DNA of 64,000 nucleotides. Origin: Candidatus Falkowbacteria bacterium. GTDB taxonomy: Bacteria; Patescibacteriota; Patescibacteriia; Patescibacteriales; WJLG01. Below, piece after piece: positions 61,501 through 64,000 of the stretch. The stretch lies in NCBI GenBank assembly GCA_963747695.1, contig CAVVFV010000008.1, forward strand, positions 11,592 to 75,591. The letters run 5' to 3'. The first letter of the stretch is position 1; each line of letters begins with the position of its first letter. A model generated the notes under the pieces. It was not told the origin of the DNA. It did not search any database and was given only the letters and a program-made list of their open reading frames with translations. A program made the position numbers and the translations under genes.

Positions 61501-64000
61501 CGACCAGCCGGTCTTATTTTCTTTCGCCGATGATCTGCCGGGTGACAGTCTGATCGGCTATCCGGCCACTGATCGCGATCTTTACGGCGTGAAGTCGCGA
61601 TACAATCTGATCGGCGCAAGCACCGTTTCTTCTTTCACCATATTTTGTTCGAATGATTCTTCGACGACGATTTCAGCTCTGCCGGCCGGAGCGCTGCAGC
61701 CGAATCAAACCTGTTCCGGCGGCAGCAAAGGCGCCGGCGATGCCGTCCGCTTAGCCGGAATCAGTGGCGCGATCAACGCCATCCAGCAAGACGAAGGAAC
61801 GTCGAGTGAATCGACGATGTTCTTGCCGTTCAAGGAATTTTCCAGCGAGTATATGCTGCCGACCAATGCGGCGCACATTGCCGTGGTTTGCGCTCCCGAA
61901 TCAGGCGAGGTCGATTTATCTGTTTATGATCAAAATAATAATTTCGTCTCCAGCTCGACTTGTTCGGGAGTCGGAAATTATCCCGGCAAAGCATATTTTG
62001 GCGCGGCTGATGACACTACTTATTTAGCCGGATCGCGGATCGTTTCCACCAACGGCCGGCCGTTTTACGCTTATTACGAAGATACCTCGGCGACGGCAGG
62101 AGGCGCGGAGACGAATTTATTCGGCGCGGTGCAAACAAGAAATTATTCTTCGCCTGACCCGACCTATACTGTCGGCGCGCAGCAGATCGAAGGTCCGCCG
62201 ACCGGTTTGATCAACTCGGCCGCGGAAAAAACCGATCGCTCCGGCAGAGTCGCAGTTTCGATCGCGGTAAATGATCTTTCCCGCGATGATTGCCGCGCTA
62301 AGATCGAATACTCCGCCCAAGTCGGCGGCCATTGCGATTTCGGCTCACCGCTTAAGCCGACGCTGGACGAAAATTTTGTCACGGCGGATTTCGGTACGCC
62401 GGCCATCAGCAATTTGGATATTTATCAGATCGGCACGTCGACCAATCCGATCAGCACGGCGAGCGGCACGAATAACATCTTGTTCGCGTGGCAATCCAAG
62501 ACCGATCTGCCGGCCGCCGACGGAATTTATTGTTTGCGTTTGACCGCTAACGATAACATCAGCGATCAGACGATACCGGCGACGACCACGGTCGAAATCG
62601 ATAACGCAGCGCCGACGGTTCCGGGCGATTTGACGCTAGCAGCCAAGGACGGCACCAGCGCGACTTTGAAATTTTCCGCTACCTCGACTGACTCCCATTT
62701 TAAAGAATATCGGATTTATTATAAGCAGTATGACGGTTCGCCGGTCAACATAACGGACATTTTGTTCGGTTCGTCTTCGGACGTCAATTTGGCTGACGCG
62801 AATTTCAACCACTCCACTTCGACGAAGGTCGGCGGCCTGGTCACGGGAATGAAATATACTTTCAATCTTTTCGCTTACGATACTTTTGGCAACATTTCCA
62901 GTTCCACGGACAGCCTTAACGTGGTGGCTAATGATCCGCCGACCGCCACGCTGAATTCGGCTGCGGAAAAAACCGACGGCTCCGGCAAAGTGGATATTTC
63001 TTTCACCGCCGACGATCTTGATCACGACAACACCTTGCGCGCCAAGCTCGAGTATCAACCCGGCTCAAAATGCGATTTCACTTCTTCCAGCCTGGCGACG
63101 ATCGACGCCGACAGTCTGGCTGCTTTGCACGGCTCGGTGCAGGCCGATAATAATCAGACTTATCGGATCGGCACGACTTCGTACTACATTTTGACTTCGC
63201 TCGGACCGAACACGGTCAATCTCGATTGGCTTTCCGACTTGGATGCGCCGACGGCGAGCGGAACTTATTGCCTGCGTCTCACCGCCAATGATGGCGTCGA
63301 CGATCAGCTTACGCCTTCAAATATGGTCGTTGTTTTGGATAACATCAAACCGACCGCGCCGGGGGATTTGTCGATCGGCAGTTCCACTGAAACTTCACTG
63401 CAGTTGATCTTGCCGACGAAGCATCTCGCTCAAGACAACAACGAGCCGACCTCTGGAGCTTATAAGATTTTCTACAAAGAAGGTACTGCCGGTGTTTCCA
63501 CCGCGGATACGCCGTTTACCAGTCCGGCTTTGGATGCTTACGATTTCAACGGTTCAAGCTCAGTGCTCATTTCCGGCTTGACTGCCAATACTCATTACGT
63601 TTTTAATCTCTGGGCTTATGATTCTTTCGGCAACAATGTCAGTTCGACGGAAATTACAGCGCGGACCGATGCGGACCTGACTAATAAGTCCTTGCTGTTC
63701 GCCAATCCGGAAAGCACCGGCACCACGACCGATATCGCCGTGGCGGATAACCAGAGCGCTTGGGATTTCCGCGCTCGGGTAAGCGATGTCGACGGTTATG
63801 CGGCAATCAACGATGTGACTTTGAGTTTAGCCGATGACTATAATATCTCGCCGCCGCTCGATGATCTTAAATTCATTTGGACTAAATCGACCGGAGCTTT
63901 CGCCGAAACCGGCATTGATTCCAACTCGGCTGCCGCGCTTTCGCCGGAGAGCACTTCTTCCTGCGCCGGACTTTTCTGTACGGTTGATTTTAAAATTATT
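58538..64000 (+). CDS. Giant cell-surface protein, 3'-truncated by the window (over 1820 aa): N-terminal TM anchor, Pro/Ala/Ser linker, DUF2341-like lectin-fold domain, tandem FN3-like modules
   Basis: One frame is open from 58385 to the window end, and all listed ORFs across this span are short shadows. WWNSGWNYRLPITIDN...DIRFTD...LPYWV...KIWVKV...IYLYYGN (about 60728-61055) matches the DUF2341 pattern. The start is uncertain: TTG at 58538 is the first canonical in-frame start. Confidence 0.8.
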   Translation, partial: MIIAFYLLAIGGFVVVLDKSLHATANDNLATVNFYANAARVEGADNSWTGIDQVLGAPQVADSGEASDFNSENSAIYSGGRQALILDNFTTEDFIKSSAPVEVTSSPQAAAKNNQLPNILATSSAAGTSGAETSSSASIISLPLESASSSADNSSGSVSPAPADSGNEVPAPPPADNSSAVEPATPAMPSDNFSPADPAAPAPTAPADNSTVSEPAATTVPETDNNSSPAAADQAPAPDVQNHLPDAGSVAPDNGDSSGPVSWLKEIGNILAVSKNQFGETLLGKLALADSQWGSDADDRNILFGPFKSAKIKVSIAAIEQAAAENTFPASSGAIASSTDSIPAQAATGTSPDKQPAAAAVETTTNNDSSASSSVNSGTTGGVIQKILDFFAPGKAGAAEIDPATNGAPIVIWYSFADEGDGNVWRQLGVIDSGALANGDRGGYLTFDAPFLNDWRDLDNLRLKFAGTDGTGNFKAYLDSAWVEISYQNGPDKVETPPANTDKDKLEIDGKEINFTWTDNNSNENLIIKSDAKKYFGLTDAEMYFSVENTGVRDEAVNFQFYFPATSSQVIKLNELVPHSPYLTEVPQYQAQIYDCANGWDKRGNIWSCYPTGEDRACGEVSPNRRYCRINGVMTGTVEKIQYADRWQELGLDGKAIATQEGLLQKLFGLGPQTKEVPENFVNKKTTADTVTIAPGEVKYFKASLNFPANTEGEFYVEAIGGGDGYGLLDPWWNSGWNYRLPITIDNSGNTNALTDYQVYLEISSSTSRDFWRNIKPDGSDIRFTDSAQTTELPYWVQSFDSTASSAKIWVKVDSIPAATTSKIYLYYGNGGASSASDQFAPFTFSTLQNIFYTASSSAAKTINVVSLIDNNQVQLDNGTAINLSRQQTAVFTGFSATSVVKAKGPIMAKLSGGAGLESAIPISFAGSDFVIPSNRGQESFNFYAPFAAANITLADGQTLKQSQAVNQGSAWTTEQDIATDSIAIVGSDQPVLFSFADDLPGDSLIGYPATDRDLYGVKSRYNLIGASTVSSFTIFCSNDSSTTISALPAGALQPNQTCSGGSKGAGDAVRLAGISGAINAIQQDEGTSSESTMFLPFKEFSSEYMLPTNAAHIAVVCAPESGEVDLSVYDQNNNFVSSSTCSGVGNYPGKAYFGAADDTTYLAGSRIVSTNGRPFYAYYEDTSATAGGAETNLFGAVQTRNYSSPDPTYTVGAQQIEGPPTGLINSAAEKTDRSGRVAVSIAVNDLSRDDCRAKIEYSAQVGGHCDFGSPLKPTLDENFVTADFGTPAISNLDIYQIGTSTNPISTASGTNNILFAWQSKTDLPAADGIYCLRLTANDNISDQTIPATTTVEIDNAAPTVPGDLTLAAKDGTSATLKFSATSTDSHFKEYRIYYKQYDGSPVNITDILFGSSSDVNLADANFNHSTSTKVGGLVTGMKYTFNLFAYDTFGNISSSTDSLNVVANDPPTATLNSAAEKTDGSGKVDISFTADDLDHDNTLRAKLEYQPGSKCDFTSSSLATIDADSLAALHGSVQADNNQTYRIGTTSYYILTSLGPNTVNLDWLSDLDAPTASGTYCLRLTANDGVDDQLTPSNMVVVLDNIKPTAPGDLSIGSSTETSLQLILPTKHLAQDNNEPTSGAYKIFYKEGTAGVSTADTPFTSPALDAYDFNGSSSVLISGLTANTHYVFNLWAYDSFGNNVSSTEITARTDADLTNKSLLFANPESTGTTTDIAVADNQSAWDFRARVSDVDGYAAINDVTLSLADDYNISPPLDDLKFIWTKSTGAFAETGIDSNSAAALSPESTSSCAGLFCTVDFKII

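Noticed and set aside
58556-63058. About 20 short ORFs listed on both strands between 58556 and 63058.
   Set aside because: All are shadows of the single long + strand frame (58538 to the window end), which encodes recognisable DUF2341-like and FN3-like sequence.

Overview
This 64 kb window looks like part of a small-genome bacterium whose genes mostly lack Shine-Dalgarno sites. The gene content and the two 'four helix bundle' (23S-IVS / Avd-type) genes suggest Patescibacteria/CPR. That placement is inference only, because there is no rRNA in the window. All protein calls rest on motifs read in the supplied translations; no database search was possible.

I support about 60 CDS. Housekeeping genes include groES-groEL with a CIRCE operator, murA, ddl, frr, rseP, rlmN, holB, mltG, iscU/nifU/nifS, galU, tatD, a cyclophilin and a HIT protein.

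A glycan-biosynthesis locus of about 21.5 kb spans 14963-36524. It holds many GT2/GT4/GT-A-like transferases, three methyltransferases, fdtA-like and DegT-like genes, gmd-fcl, gtrA, a polyprenyl-phosphate sugar transferase and a Wzm/Wzt ABC exporter. rfbB and a mannose-1-P guanylyltransferase lie upstream of the locus.

A surface-protein gene of more than 1820 codons (DUF2341-like domain plus tandem modules) starts near 58538 and runs off the 3' edge. It is absent from the ORF track because it has no stop in the window.

I found no rRNA, tRNA, CRISPR array, transposase or integrase. The code is standard, with TGA used as a stop.

The most unusual content is non-coding. At least 25 gene or operon junctions carry long imperfect palindromes built from short repeated words (CGAATAC, CCAATAT, AATTTTTA, AGAGAGA, CTTAGG, TAAGAATT).
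- Several of them nest a GC-rich twin hairpin that shows compensatory base changes between copies.
- Two carry a four-helix-bundle ORF exactly in their loop and exactly fill the stop-to-start spacer.
- Two sit inside the groESL transcription unit.
- One fragment appears as an in-frame insertion in rlmN.

I read this as a modular, nested, IVS-like RNA hairpin and cassette system. That reading is a hypothesis and needs folding statistics and transcript mapping.
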